Shown piece by piece: positions 1-9,905 of a stretch of 64,000 bases of DNA (its first letter is position 1; every line of letters starts with the position of its first letter). The position numbers were made by a program, and so were the translations under genes. Under the pieces are notes generated by a model. The model saw only the letters and a program-made list of their open reading frames with translations. It was not told the DNA's origin and did not search any database. This stretch comes from a virus: IMG/VR virus record IMGVR_UViG_3300046001_006061, positions 2,928 through 66,927 of that record; one strand, given 5' to 3'.

Positions 1-29
1 TAGTGTATTGTAGTTTATCATAAACTACT

Positions 30-37
30 TATATTTG
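30..37 (+). promoter_or_regulatory. Bacteroidota -7 promoter element TATATTTG, 4 nt before ATG at 42
   Basis: Matches the TAnnTTTG consensus; followed by CATC-ATG. Confidence 0.7.
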
Positions 38-41
38 CATC

Positions 42-215
42 ATGGAACTAAAAAAATCATTACCAAAAAGAACCAACCTTTTTTCATGGCACTCTTATTT
101 TGCTGCCGACTTATCAAGTAAGGCTTGGAAGAAAATGAAAGACATGGGCTGTACTTCGCAAAGTCAATTTGTTGTTATGGCTGTTAAAAAATTTATTGAT
201 ACTGATGGAAAATAA
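42..215 (+). CDS. small 57-aa putative ribbon-helix-helix DNA-binding protein (not in ORF track)
   Basis: Manual translation MELKKSLPKR...GCTSQSQFVVMAVKKFIDTDGK; RHH-like C-terminal helix; promoter directly upstream. Confidence 0.55.
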   Translation: MELKKSLPKRTNLFSWHSYFAADLSSKAWKKMKDMGCTSQSQFVVMAVKKFIDTDGK

Positions 216-816
216 TACAGAAAATAACGAAGAAGAAGAATTATTTGACCCCGTTTTTGACCCTAAGAAGTGGGAAATAGCACATGGCATTTATGTTCGC
301 CTTATTCAAAACGGTATGGGAGTATGCGCTCAAATCAAATTAGATATGAGTGTATTGAACGAAATTGTTAAAGAAAAAGGCTATGATAGGAATACTTTAT
401 TTATTGCTGCGCTACCAAAACGAAAGATAAAACCTAATGCCGAAACACACCTTTGTATCTTTGATGCTTTTGATGCTCGAAGTAAATCAATTTATCTAAA
501 AGGGAATAACGGGTTTACTATGCGTGGAGATTACGGTAGAGGTGCTGTTGAAGTTGAGACTTTAAAAGACAAGATAAACGATTTTTTTGAAGAAGAAAAT
601 ACAAAGATTACAAAAGAATTATTTGAAGAAGCGATAAGTTTAGAAGATGCTTTACACGCTTTAGATTGTGGATATTATGATACACATGATTTAGATAGCA
701 TTGGAAAAAATAAAGAAGAATACAAGACTAGAATAAAAGAATTGAAAAATATATTCAATTTAAAAGAAAGTGAATCCTTTTGTAGTTTCACCTTTGATGA
801 TTTTAAACTTAACTGA
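205..816 (+). CDS. hypothetical protein (likely start ATG 205, MENNTENN)
   Basis: Long ORF overlapping the upstream stop; followed by a terminator. Confidence 0.7.
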   Translation: MENNTENNEEEELFDPVFDPKKWEIAHGIYVRLIQNGMGVCAQIKLDMSVLNEIVKEKGYDRNTLFIAALPKRKIKPNAETHLCIFDAFDARSKSIYLKGNNGFTMRGDYGRGAVEVETLKDKINDFFEEENTKITKELFEEAISLEDALHALDCGYYDTHDLDSIGKNKEEYKTRIKELKNIFNLKESESFCSFTFDDFKLN

Positions 817-827
817 TAAAGAAAAAG

Positions 828-862
828 AAAAGCCCTAGCTAAATTATAACTAGGGCTTTTTT
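828..862. terminator. bidirectional rho-independent terminator
   Basis: AAAAGCCCTAG...CTAGGGCTTTTT between convergent genes. Confidence 0.8.
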
Positions 863-2971
863 CTATTGAGTTGGTTGCGTATTGTCCGCTTGTATTTCCA
901 TTGCGGTTTTTTCTAAATCTATATCGCCTTTCATTTGCGTATTAGCTAGTTTTCCCGCATTTTGAGTTTGTGTCATTTGCTCCATTGCTTGTTGTTGCAT
1001 TTGTGCTTGTTGCATCTGTGCTTCTTGCTGTGCTTTGGCTGCTGCTGCTTGTTTTTCTTCCCAAACACGTTTCTTGTACCTTAGTATGTTTCGCATTTCA
1101 GTATTTGTTTGCGCTGCCATTGCTTCGGCTGCTACTTCGGCATCTACAAAACTATTAGGGATTGATGCTTCTCTTTCAAATATTATTAAATATTCAGCAC
1201 GTTGTTTTTCGGTAATAGCGTCTTTATTATCTAGGTAAACATTTAAATCTACCAATGCCATGTCCTTAGTTAACTCGAAAATGTCGTATTCACGCTTCGT
1301 AATTCGTAATGTTTCACGCATTTCGTCTGTGTCTTCGGCTATTAAAATTAGGTTTTTTCTAATCTCACAAGCTGCATGAATAATGGTGTTTAGGTATTGT
1401 CCAAATCCATCATAAAGAGGGGTTATTCCAAATGTTGATTGCGCTATCGAATTTTCTTGAACGCCTTGTCCAATTATTCCTTTTTGGCTTCCTAGTGCTA
1501 CTCTTGGAATACTGAAAATATCTCTGATTTCGTTTTTAAATAATTCTACTTCTGCTCGTAATGATTGGTACGAATTGTAGTCTATTCCAATCTGTTCTAC
1601 TTTAAAAGCGTAGGTTCTTTTGTCGTTTTCAGAATAATCATCTCCCGTAACACCTTCTAACACTACTACACCATTGTTAATATCTTGCGCTAAACTAATT
1701 GCATCCATTCCTTCGGGAATTTTATCAGCAAATAATGTTGTTACAGCACCTTTTATTCTGTGAACCATTAAGTCAATCTTGCCTTCGTAAGCCCTAATTT
1801 TATCCACTAAATCCATTGACCTATCTACTGGGCTTCTGCTTCTACCGTTAATCAAGTCGGGAATAAAGTCTATAAACGGTGTGCCTAAATATCCTTGCGC
1901 TGTTTTGGTCATGTTTTCACATGGCTTGCATCTTAAAGCAAATAGGTTAGCAATTAGGTCGCATTGATACCATGTACTTTCATTTTCTTTATCTAAACTA
2001 ATCCATCTTGCTTTTAAAACCGATACTGATTGTTGATTTTTGTCATACCATACAATATTATCTGTCGTTCCGTATGACTGATTGAATCCACTTGTATTTT
2101 CTTTCGATAAACTATCTAGTTGGTCTAGCTGTTCTTTTGTAAGTTCGGGATATGCTGTTTTTAAAGCGGGTATTGTAAATTCTTCGATAACGCCTTGAAA
2201 TCTTTGCTTTTTACCGTTCTCGTCATCGAAGCTATTGTCCCAAATACAATTCTGTGGTTTGTGAACCTTTACTTTTACATTCCAATTTTCTACATATAAT
2301 TCTACTCGGTTAAAGTAGGTAGGAACTAAGTATCTAAACAATTCTGCTACCCAATTAGTGTAGTCTGTTTTGTATAGCCAATCTTTAGCCCAAGCGGTAA
2401 AGAAACGCTCCATTTTATTTTGAACAGTTTCTTCTAGGTATTTTCTAAGTTCTTCTTCGTTCTTAAATTCTTTGTCGCCTAGTGGCAAAAACTCCATTCC
2501 TTGCTCTTGTGCTTTTTCAAAAACATAGTTGAAGTCAATTTTCATCTTAGATAAATTGAATAGAGTTTTCTTGTATGATATGTAATCACTATCTAACGAC
2601 CTAGCAAATATTGAATCGGGAAGAGTAGAAATATTACTCGCCATTGTTCCGTTAATATGCTTTACTAACGTGTAAATAATATTCGTGTTCAGTAGTTTTA
2701 TAGGTAATGGATTATTATTTTCATCCATTGACATATAATCATAAACACCATTATTTTGTTCCGCAAATAAATATGCTAGTAACTTCATTGTTCGTGAAGC
2801 CCATTGAGTAGGTCTATTTAAAGGGTCGGTTGGCACATTTCCAACACTATAAAAAAGAGGTATTGCGTGATTGTATTTTGTACCAACATATCTTGCGTAT
2901 TGCTCGTACCATGCTTTGTCTTTTTCAATTCCAAAGTCTTTTGGTTTTAAATTTGAAATATTACTTATCAC
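863..2971 (-). CDS. portal protein (crAss-like/podovirus type)
   Basis: 702 aa, Q/A-rich coiled C-terminus, portal-like IPRVALG and V..SI.QS segment, near the terminase. Confidence 0.75.
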   Translation of the reverse strand: MISNISNLKPKDFGIEKDKAWYEQYARYVGTKYNHAIPLFYSVGNVPTDPLNRPTQWASRTMKLLAYLFAEQNNGVYDYMSMDENNNPLPIKLLNTNIIYTLVKHINGTMASNISTLPDSIFARSLDSDYISYKKTLFNLSKMKIDFNYVFEKAQEQGMEFLPLGDKEFKNEEELRKYLEETVQNKMERFFTAWAKDWLYKTDYTNWVAELFRYLVPTYFNRVELYVENWNVKVKVHKPQNCIWDNSFDDENGKKQRFQGVIEEFTIPALKTAYPELTKEQLDQLDSLSKENTSGFNQSYGTTDNIVWYDKNQQSVSVLKARWISLDKENESTWYQCDLIANLFALRCKPCENMTKTAQGYLGTPFIDFIPDLINGRSRSPVDRSMDLVDKIRAYEGKIDLMVHRIKGAVTTLFADKIPEGMDAISLAQDINNGVVVLEGVTGDDYSENDKRTYAFKVEQIGIDYNSYQSLRAEVELFKNEIRDIFSIPRVALGSQKGIIGQGVQENSIAQSTFGITPLYDGFGQYLNTIIHAACEIRKNLILIAEDTDEMRETLRITKREYDIFELTKDMALVDLNVYLDNKDAITEKQRAEYLIIFEREASIPNSFVDAEVAAEAMAAQTNTEMRNILRYKKRVWEEKQAAAAKAQQEAQMQQAQMQQQAMEQMTQTQNAGKLANTQMKGDIDLEKTAMEIQADNTQPTQ

Positions 2972-3012
2972 AATTTAGTTTTTTATGTTACAAATATATA
3001 TAAACTTAAAAG

Positions 3013-3044
3013 AAAAACCCTCACTATTTTTAGCAAGGGTTTTT
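3013..3044 (-). terminator. putative terminator
   Basis: AAAAACCCT...AGGGTTTTT inverted repeat after ORF 3047-3427. Confidence 0.55.
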
Positions 3045-3046
3045 GG

Positions 3047-3427
3047 TTATTGCGGAGTAGCCCATTCGTTATCTATTTCTTTACTTCGTATATCTTTAAA
3101 GTTTTCTATGTTTGTTTCAGTAAAACTTCCCCACCCAAATACTTGTGTAAAGGATTTACCGCTTTCGTATAGTACGGTTTTAGGTATCATTTCAGTATTA
3201 AATATAGTTCCTATTGGGTATTTTTCTACTCTGCCAATATCAGATTTGCCGTTAAAACTAAGTATAACTTCAACTATTCTTCCGTAGGTTTCGTATGATA
3301 CAAATACCTCTAATGCTTGCCATTCTTTACCGTCTTTTTTTACTCCGTTTTTGAATGATAGTATTTTTTCAAGTTTTACTTTTGTGGTCATAGGTTTAAA
3401 AAGGATATTTAGAAAGCGAATGTTCAA
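3047..3427 (-). CDS. DUF3127-like OB-fold putative ssDNA-binding protein (likely start MTTKVKL)
   Basis: G.KKDGKEWQ...FTQVFGW pattern resembling 48565-48963. Confidence 0.45.
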   Translation of the reverse strand: MNIRFLNILFKPMTTKVKLEKILSFKNGVKKDGKEWQALEVFVSYETYGRIVEVILSFNGKSDIGRVEKYPIGTIFNTEMIPKTVLYESGKSFTQVFGWGSFTETNIENFKDIRSKEIDNEWATPQ

Positions 3428-3716
3428 CTTCTTTTATATCGTCATAAACATAATTGCAGTTGTTACATTTGCTTATTTCTATTTCTGTTGAAAATTGACT
3501 TATCGTTTTTGCCAATATAACTGTACCGTTTTTACACTTACCACAACAATAGTATTCTGTTGTTGTTTTAGCTGTTTTTAGTAGTTCTAACTCCTCTTCC
3601 ATTATTTCTTTTAGCCTATCGTAGTGGCTAATCGGAACTGCAAATGATAGCGATTTTGTTTTTTCTCCGTAAAGTTTAGGTTTTCCTCTACCTCTTTTTT
3701 CGTGTGTTATTTCCAT
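3396..3716 (-). CDS. putative DNA-binding protein with zinc ribbon
   Basis: RGRGKPKLYGEKTKSLSFAVP N-terminus; CxxC...CxxC. Confidence 0.55.
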   Translation of the reverse strand: MEITHEKRGRGKPKLYGEKTKSLSFAVPISHYDRLKEIMEEELELLKTAKTTTEYYCCGKCKNGTVILAKTISQFSTEIEISKCNNCNYVYDDIKEVEHSLSKYPF

Positions 3717-3718
3717 GA

Positions 3719-4432
3719 TTATTTTTCTAATAAAGTTTTATGAATAAATCCTAGTCCTTTTGAGGTTACATAAGTAGTTGATACAAGTTTTTTAAATTTA
3801 CCGCTATCAATAAGAGTTTCTACTACTTTAAAGTATTTACTATTTATATATTTTTGGTTTGGAGTATTTGAAGATTTTAAAAGTATTCCAAGTTCTTTTA
3901 GTTTTTTCATCATAGTATTTCTGCCATAACCAAGTTTTAAAATCTTGTTGGTTTCTTCCATTGAAAAAACACCATCTGTATCAAAACAAATATCTACGAA
4001 GTCTGAACGTAATTGAAGTTTTTCGTTTTTTGTTTCAAGTAAAATTATTTGTTCTTCTTTTGCTACTAATTCTTTTAATGCTTCCAAATAGGTTGTAGGT
4101 AATTTTGCTACTTGTTTGTTTTGAACGGTTTTTTCACACTCCAAAAAGTACAGCCTTGCTTGTTTTCCTTTTTCTTTTCCGTTCAACATTGATATTTCTT
4201 TTGCTGCACTAAGTTTCAACGCAATGTCTGTAATATCGTATGGTTGCCCATTAGCACCTATACTTTTTTGTATATATGGTACAAAATCCTCATTTTCAAT
4301 TAACATGGCTCTTTCCGTTTGTGTCGCTATCCATGTTGTAAACTGTGCTTTACTACCTAAAAAAGAATGTAGTTCACGAGCAGAAACGACTTGCTCATTT
4401 TTATCGTTTGTTTGTATTTTTATGATTTCCAT
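3719..4432 (-). CDS. AntA/AntB-family antirepressor with KilAC-like C-terminal domain
   Basis: VSARELHSFL...F..WI...AKEISM...GKQARLYF; LP.TYLEALKEL linker; PNQKYI..KYF...TTYVTSKG; start reassigned to ATG 4432. Confidence 0.85.
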   Translation of the reverse strand: MEIIKIQTNDKNEQVVSARELHSFLGSKAQFTTWIATQTERAMLIENEDFVPYIQKSIGANGQPYDITDIALKLSAAKEISMLNGKEKGKQARLYFLECEKTVQNKQVAKLPTTYLEALKELVAKEEQIILLETKNEKLQLRSDFVDICFDTDGVFSMEETNKILKLGYGRNTMMKKLKELGILLKSSNTPNQKYINSKYFKVVETLIDSGKFKKLVSTTYVTSKGLGFIHKTLLEK

Positions 4433-4477
4433 GCCACAAAGATAATTATTATTTTTAATAATACAAATATTATCCAC

Positions 4478-4508
4478 AAAAAAAGCCCACTATCTCTAGT
4501 AGGCTCTT
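4478..4508 (-). terminator. putative terminator
   Basis: Minus strand GAGCCTACTA...TAGTGGGC followed by T7. Confidence 0.6.
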
Positions 4509-4613
4509 CTTGATGAAAAATAACAAAACAGGAAACAAGTCGCTAAACTTATGAGGTAATCTGTATTGCAAATATAATTGTTATTTTATTCTTTACAAAT
4601 TTCTTTACAAATA

Positions 4614-5177
4614 TTATTTGTTTGAATTTGTTCTTGGCATTGCTCCCGCATCGGGGTCTTTTATTTTTAAAGGTGTCATATAGTAGCTGTAATGTAATCT
4701 CCCTTGCTTAATAAATGGATTTGAGCCTCGCTGAACTAACCAATCTATATGTGGCATCGGTTGTTCACACTCTGTTATTGGCGAATATCCCTCAAGTACA
4801 AATTTATATTTAATTAAACATTCTTCGGCATAATCTTTTGCTGCTGCGCCCATAATCTCTATCATAGGCACTTGCATCATGGTAAAAAATCTAAATATTC
4901 CTATTTCTGAAACCAAATAGTCTAATCTATTTTCCATTGCCATACTAAAAAAAGCTGCACTTGGTACTTTGTAGTTTGGAATATTTGAACCCGCTTGGGA
5001 AATTGCTTCTAAACTTTTATACCCTTTTACCTCTTTCAAATATTTAATAGCGTGGCGAACCACATACATAAACAGTCGGTTTTGGTCGATTTCTGTACGA
5101 ATTGATTTCTTTGCATTAATATTGCTTCTAGCGTGCCACTTATTTTCAAAGTAATTTGTTTGATATTCTTTTGCCAT
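4614..5177 (-). CDS. hypothetical protein
   Basis: 187-aa ORF coupled to the terminase. Confidence 0.65.
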   Translation of the reverse strand: MAKEYQTNYFENKWHARSNINAKKSIRTEIDQNRLFMYVVRHAIKYLKEVKGYKSLEAISQAGSNIPNYKVPSAAFFSMAMENRLDYLVSEIGIFRFFTMMQVPMIEIMGAAAKDYAEECLIKYKFVLEGYSPITECEQPMPHIDWLVQRGSNPFIKQGRLHYSYYMTPLKIKDPDAGAMPRTNSNK

Positions 5178-5180
5178 GAT

Positions 5181-7250
5181 TTATGCTGATTTTTTAACTT
5201 CTACCTTTTCCCATTGTCCTGTTTGTTGGTTGAAAATTCTATTCGCTCTCAACTGTCTGTATCTGTCGTTGTTTACTGCTTCTTTGTGTTCTATGTTTCC
5301 GAAATTTCCCCAACCCACTAAGGCTGCTTGGAACGCATCACTTAAATCGGTATTCTCTACGCCCGTTTTTATAATGTTCTCAATTAATCTTTTTGACCTA
5401 AAATGGTGTCCAAATAGTCTAATCTGAATATTTAATAGGTAAATTTGTGCTTCTTTCATTTTACCCGTTCTCACAAATCCATATCTTGACATTACTTCCT
5501 TGCTATCTGTTCCAACGTACTTAGGTTCTTGGATTAACGCTCTTTTTGCCCCTCTATTAGTGAAGTATGAGAATATTGGACTTATATTTCCCGCATTTGC
5601 TTCGGGGCTTACCTTGCAATTACCAAATACGTTATAATACTTGTAAAGAAGGAAAGATATTCTAAACATATCGTCTTTATTTACTGGTATTCGTGAAATA
5701 TAAGCTACTTCGCAATAACTTCTTCCACCTATTTTTAGTTTTTTGGTTACTACAATAGCAAAATCTGACTTTTTATTCTTAGGGTCTGTACCGCTACTTG
5801 CTTTATCGGTTGCTGTACCATCTATTCCTATTACATACTCTGTATTTTCTTCGGGTTCTTCAATAATATATAGACAATCTTTAGTAGGTTTGGAATTTCT
5901 TGTCCTTACTTCTCCATCTACTTCGTAAATTTCACATGGTCTTTCGGGAAATAAGCCATCGTTAGCCTTTTCTAACACGTCTTGAAGTATCATTTTACAA
6001 TCTTCTTCAATTCCAGTTCCTGTTTCTATATTAAAGGCATCATTTGAGTTTCTAGGAAATTGTCTTCTATATCTTACTGCTTCGTCAAGTTCTCCTTTAT
6101 CTAAAAATGATTGATATTCGTTTTCAACAAATTCTACCGCTTCTTCTTTTTTATCAAATCCGTAATCGTCTATAAATCCCTCTAATCCTTCCCAATAAGG
6201 CTTCAAATATCTAATTAGCCCACTACTTGTTCTGCCATTAAGGGTTAATTGATTTACGTTTGATTGCTTCCAAAGCGTATAATACCTTTCTCCCGATTTA
6301 GGGTTCATTTCCTCTAAAGTACAAGGCATCATTACCTTTCCTATAATTTTCTTTCCACCCCCTAAAGCTAGGGCTTGTTTTGATGTACTCCAAAACTTAG
6401 TTAAATCCATTTCGTCAATGGTAGCACCCTCGTCTAAGAATGTATAGAATGGTTTCTTTCCTTGTAAGGCAGCAATTTTTGTTGACCTTGTTCCAATTAC
6501 GTTATTTAAAAAGGTTTGCTCTTTTTGTTTTATTCTTTCCTTTTTTGAAGAGCGTGGTGGTCTTGAAAACACTAAACTTTCGGTAGGTCTTGTTGTTCCG
6601 CTGTGTTTGGGTTTAAAAAATTCAAACATTACATCCCAACTTCTTACTATCTTAGCGAATAAGTTCTCTTTTGCTTCGTCTTTTGTTAAAGACATTAGCG
6701 CAAATATCTTATTTTGGCTTGTTATTGCTTTACGGTAAACTCGGCATAACTCTTTTTCCGTCTTACCAAAACGCCTTCCTGTCACGAATAAACCACCGAA
6801 TACATCGGAATCTGTATCTACTATGTCTGCGAAATAAAAGTATTTACAGTCAGCATATCTAAAGTCAGGATAACCGTCTTCATTTTCTGCGCCAATCCAC
6901 CAATAGTTTAGATAGAAATAGTTATCGCCCGTAAAATATATTGGTTTTCCTTTAATTAAATACCAACAACCGTCTATTATTCTATCCCTTTCTTGAATAA
7001 CAAAATCTTGCTGTTCTTTGTTTAATAAAGCGTTTCCATCTTCGTCACGAATAATTTTAGTATTTCCTAAGTCGTTTAAATCTCCAAAACATTCGGGTAT
7101 TTCTGTACGCTTAAACTTTTGGTCTTTAGTGTCAAATCCAAAGTTAAGCATAGTAGAAAGCTGTGGCATTGGAGGTGTTTCGTAATAGTAAACCACACCT
7201 CCATCTACTTTTTCGTCGCCAATCTTTATTACAAGAGGCTCACCTATCAC
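5181..7250 (-). CDS. terL: terminase large subunit
   Basis: Walker A TGRRFGKT, Walker B TFLDEG, RNase H-fold nuclease VIGIDG...SDFAIVV...D..DA; YFYLNYW motif. Confidence 0.9.
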   Translation of the reverse strand: MIGEPLVIKIGDEKVDGGVVYYYETPPMPQLSTMLNFGFDTKDQKFKRTEIPECFGDLNDLGNTKIIRDEDGNALLNKEQQDFVIQERDRIIDGCWYLIKGKPIYFTGDNYFYLNYWWIGAENEDGYPDFRYADCKYFYFADIVDTDSDVFGGLFVTGRRFGKTEKELCRVYRKAITSQNKIFALMSLTKDEAKENLFAKIVRSWDVMFEFFKPKHSGTTRPTESLVFSRPPRSSKKERIKQKEQTFLNNVIGTRSTKIAALQGKKPFYTFLDEGATIDEMDLTKFWSTSKQALALGGGKKIIGKVMMPCTLEEMNPKSGERYYTLWKQSNVNQLTLNGRTSSGLIRYLKPYWEGLEGFIDDYGFDKKEEAVEFVENEYQSFLDKGELDEAVRYRRQFPRNSNDAFNIETGTGIEEDCKMILQDVLEKANDGLFPERPCEIYEVDGEVRTRNSKPTKDCLYIIEEPEENTEYVIGIDGTATDKASSGTDPKNKKSDFAIVVTKKLKIGGRSYCEVAYISRIPVNKDDMFRISFLLYKYYNVFGNCKVSPEANAGNISPIFSYFTNRGAKRALIQEPKYVGTDSKEVMSRYGFVRTGKMKEAQIYLLNIQIRLFGHHFRSKRLIENIIKTGVENTDLSDAFQAALVGWGNFGNIEHKEAVNNDRYRQLRANRIFNQQTGQWEKVEVKKSA

Positions 7251-7624
7251 GATTTTCTGCTCCCTAACATGATTTCTTCCATTGATTTAGGCTTGTGTTC
7301 TTCGGCTGCTATTAGTTCGCTAGGAAGTAAATGTTTCTTTATTTCTTCCATTGATTTGATTAGCTTTCCGATATCACCCATATAACTAGAAGGGTTTTTA
7401 AAGTTATCTACATAGGCAATCTTCTCGCCCATATCAACTACTTCAATAAAGATTGATGGCTTTTTGTCTTTGATTTCTTTGTTCCAAAACGCTATTGTTT
7501 CCTTTAGTGTAATGAATGTTTCTAAATAAGGATTCTCAAATACTTGTTTTAGTAATTCACCGCCTTCTTTTACTTTACTGTCCTTGTGGGAGGTCAAGTA
7601 GTTTATTGTATCTTGTAATGTCAT
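7247..7624 (-). CDS. hypothetical protein, candidate terminase small subunit
   Basis: Helical 125-aa ORF overlapping the terL start; position only. Confidence 0.35.
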   Translation of the reverse strand: MTLQDTINYLTSHKDSKVKEGGELLKQVFENPYLETFITLKETIAFWNKEIKDKKPSIFIEVVDMGEKIAYVDNFKNPSSYMGDIGKLIKSMEEIKKHLLPSELIAAEEHKPKSMEEIMLGSRKS

Positions 7625-7838
7625 TTTCCTTTAACTTTTGTTTTATTCGGTCTAAACCGACATAGTGTGTGAACTCCGAACTTTCATCGGTGTCTTTTAT
7701 TTGTCCTATTGTGATGTGTATTAAATCCTTTTCGTCAGCGTGAAGTTTATCAAACTTAGTTTTGTTTATGGATATGTTCATAAACTTCTTGTTATTCGAT
7801 ATCTTGCCTTTACCCAAAAAGTAGTCTTTATTTTCCAT
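7575..7838 (-). CDS. hypothetical protein
   Basis: 87-aa ORF in operon. Confidence 0.55.
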   Translation of the reverse strand: MENKDYFLGKGKISNNKKFMNISINKTKFDKLHADEKDLIHITIGQIKDTDESSEFTHYVGLDRIKQKLKENDITRYNKLLDLPQGQ

Positions 7839-7953
7839 TTTGTTTCACGACAATTCTCACTAAATCTTCTAGTATTGGCTCTAAGTTTTGAAGATTTTCA
7901 ACAAGTTTTATGGTTTTTAAGCTGCCTGTTTCCATTTCATTACTTTAATTGTA

Positions 7954-8331
7954 TTATCCTAAAATTGTAAAGATTACTTTTGGCACTGCTGGCGAACCTG
8001 TAAAACCATCATTTATGAGTATTGATATACTGCCCGTAGCACAAGTTACGCCAAGTTTTGAAGCGCATACGATAGGGTTATCACCTTGAACATTAACGCT
8101 AAGTAACGATTCCGCTGTTATTAAGGAGTTGTTTATTGTGTATTCCGACCATGAAGGTGCTAATGCACAAGTATCTGTAAAAATAGCTACTCCATTAATT
8201 GTATTTAAAGTAACCGAATTTGCTGCTGTTGCTGTGTTTGCTTTATTAAACTCTAACGCTGAAATTTTTGCATCGTAATAGTCTTTTAATTTCTGCGGAA
8301 ATGCTTGTGTAAATAATGTTTTTAGTCCCAT
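7954..8331 (-). CDS. putative structural/tail protein
   Basis: T/A/S-rich beta-type composition (SVTLNTINGV, TINNSLITA). Confidence 0.5.
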   Translation of the reverse strand: MGLKTLFTQAFPQKLKDYYDAKISALEFNKANTATAANSVTLNTINGVAIFTDTCALAPSWSEYTINNSLITAESLLSVNVQGDNPIVCASKLGVTCATGSISILINDGFTGSPAVPKVIFTILG

Positions 8332-8546
8332 ATTAATTTATCTAAAATTGTGTTTTTTTCTAAATCTGTTAAAAAATATCCTAGTTCATTGTCCTCTAAT
8401 ATTCCAATCAAATTGATTTTTACATTAAAAGGTACTTCTTTTATTTTGCCCTTTTTTCTTTTGTTGGCAATCAAGTAATATTCAGTAGTAAGTTTTTCCT
8501 TTACTATTAATAATTGTTCGTCAAATTCTGCTTGTTGGCGTATCAT
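8322..8546 (-). CDS. hypothetical protein (likely start MIRQQAEF)
   Basis: ORF in structural operon. Confidence 0.5.
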   Translation of the reverse strand: MIRQQAEFDEQLLIVKEKLTTEYYLIANKRKKGKIKEVPFNVKINLIGILEDNELGYFLTDLEKNTILDKLIWD

Positions 8547-8548
8547 TT

Positions 8549-9046
8549 TTATAAAATAATATAAGTTCCTGATATGTACCAATAATCATTAGTAGCCAAA
8601 GTATTAATAGGTGTATTGTATTTAAATGCTAGGTCATTTGTTGTTCCACCATACCATAAAAGCATCGCATCAGAAGAAGGAATCCCTTCTCCTAATATTC
8701 TGTAATGCTGTGTTGCAGAAGTATCGTATGCTTGTCCATCTCTAAACGCATAAGGTACAGAAGCAGCAAATGGAAGGGTTATTGAATACTGACCCGTTCC
8801 AAAATTAGTTACTGTTGTGCAATCTACATTTATAGTAAAATGTACCAAAGAGCCAATTTTCACATAAGAATCCGTTGTGGGGTTTCCCGTATATTCTAAT
8901 CCTGTTCCTGTCCAAATTGGAGTATAGGTTTGAATATCAGAAAATCCGTTTATTTCATCGTTTATAGATAACAAATCTTGCAATATAGGATTTAAGTTCT
9001 GTAAGTTCTTAATTAATTCTATTGTCTGTAATGAATCTCTTTCCAT
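8549..9046 (-). CDS. tail-fibre-associated beta-sandwich protein
   Basis: TYTPIW...YVKIGSLVHF...GTGQYSITLPF...ISGTY, typical of fibre C-terminal domains. Confidence 0.6.
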   Translation of the reverse strand: MERDSLQTIELIKNLQNLNPILQDLLSINDEINGFSDIQTYTPIWTGTGLEYTGNPTTDSYVKIGSLVHFTINVDCTTVTNFGTGQYSITLPFAASVPYAFRDGQAYDTSATQHYRILGEGIPSSDAMLLWYGGTTNDLAFKYNTPINTLATNDYWYISGTYIIL

Positions 9047-9071
9047 TTTATTTATATTTTATTATTGAATA

Positions 9072-9896
9072 TTATTCAGTTGAAATTTCTATTATTTGGT
9101 CAAGCATTGTTTGAGTTCCGCTATAATCTAAATTGATTACGTCTTGGAAATTATATCTTATTGCTTCTAAAAGATTATCTATCTTGAATAGCTTTAATTC
9201 TAGTTCGTTTCTACAAGTACAGCCTTGTCTTACATAGTCATTGGCTATGCCGTTTCTTGCTAATAGTGCGTTGTAGTAAAGGGGAAATACAAATTCTTGA
9301 CTTTCGTCTAGTAAATAGATAGTTCCACTTGTCAAAGTAAAGGTAGAAGTTTTAATTATAACTTCGCCCGCTCTATAAGTAGCACCCGATATTACTGCTG
9401 TTCCTGTTTTTACTATGTATGTTCCCGCTGCTTTCCCCGCACCCGAAGTAATCGCTGTATCAAATACTTCGTAAGTACACTTAAAACTGCTATCGTTAAA
9501 AGTTAAGTCGTTTATTCCAAACTCGCTAGGGCTAAATTCTTTGTAAAAATCTGTTGGCAAAAAGGTACTGTAACTTACTACTCTCCTTGTTTCGGCTAAT
9601 TTTAATCCACTTCCTATTACGGGTGTTGCGTCTATCATTAAGGTAAACACATCTCCTAAAACAAAAGTTTTGGTATCTACAACTACTGTATTTACTCCTG
9701 TTCCTGTTACTTCGTACTCTACGTTACTGATACATTCTGTAACATCGGTATCTACCAATAAGTCTTTGCTGTAATTTGAGAATAAGAATCTTGTAGCTGC
9801 TATAAGTGTTGTATAGTTAGTAGTGATGTCGTCAATTCTAACTAAATCTCCTGTTGAAAAATCTTGTGTTACTAATATCTCTAATTCAGTTGCCAT
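9072..9896 (-). CDS. putative structural protein, paralogue of 11353-12171
   Basis: Shared motifs TRF.F, LP...PS, Y...YE, Y...EV.I. Confidence 0.55.
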   Translation of the reverse strand: MATELEILVTQDFSTGDLVRIDDITTNYTTLIAATRFLFSNYSKDLLVDTDVTECISNVEYEVTGTGVNTVVVDTKTFVLGDVFTLMIDATPVIGSGLKLAETRRVVSYSTFLPTDFYKEFSPSEFGINDLTFNDSSFKCTYEVFDTAITSGAGKAAGTYIVKTGTAVISGATYRAGEVIIKTSTFTLTSGTIYLLDESQEFVFPLYYNALLARNGIANDYVRQGCTCRNELELKLFKIDNLLEAIRYNFQDVINLDYSGTQTMLDQIIEISTE

Positions 9897-9905
9897 GCTT
9901 CAAAG

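Noticed and set aside
5181-7250. Intron or intein in the terminase
   Set aside because: Single continuous ORF of normal length with no intein boundary motifs.
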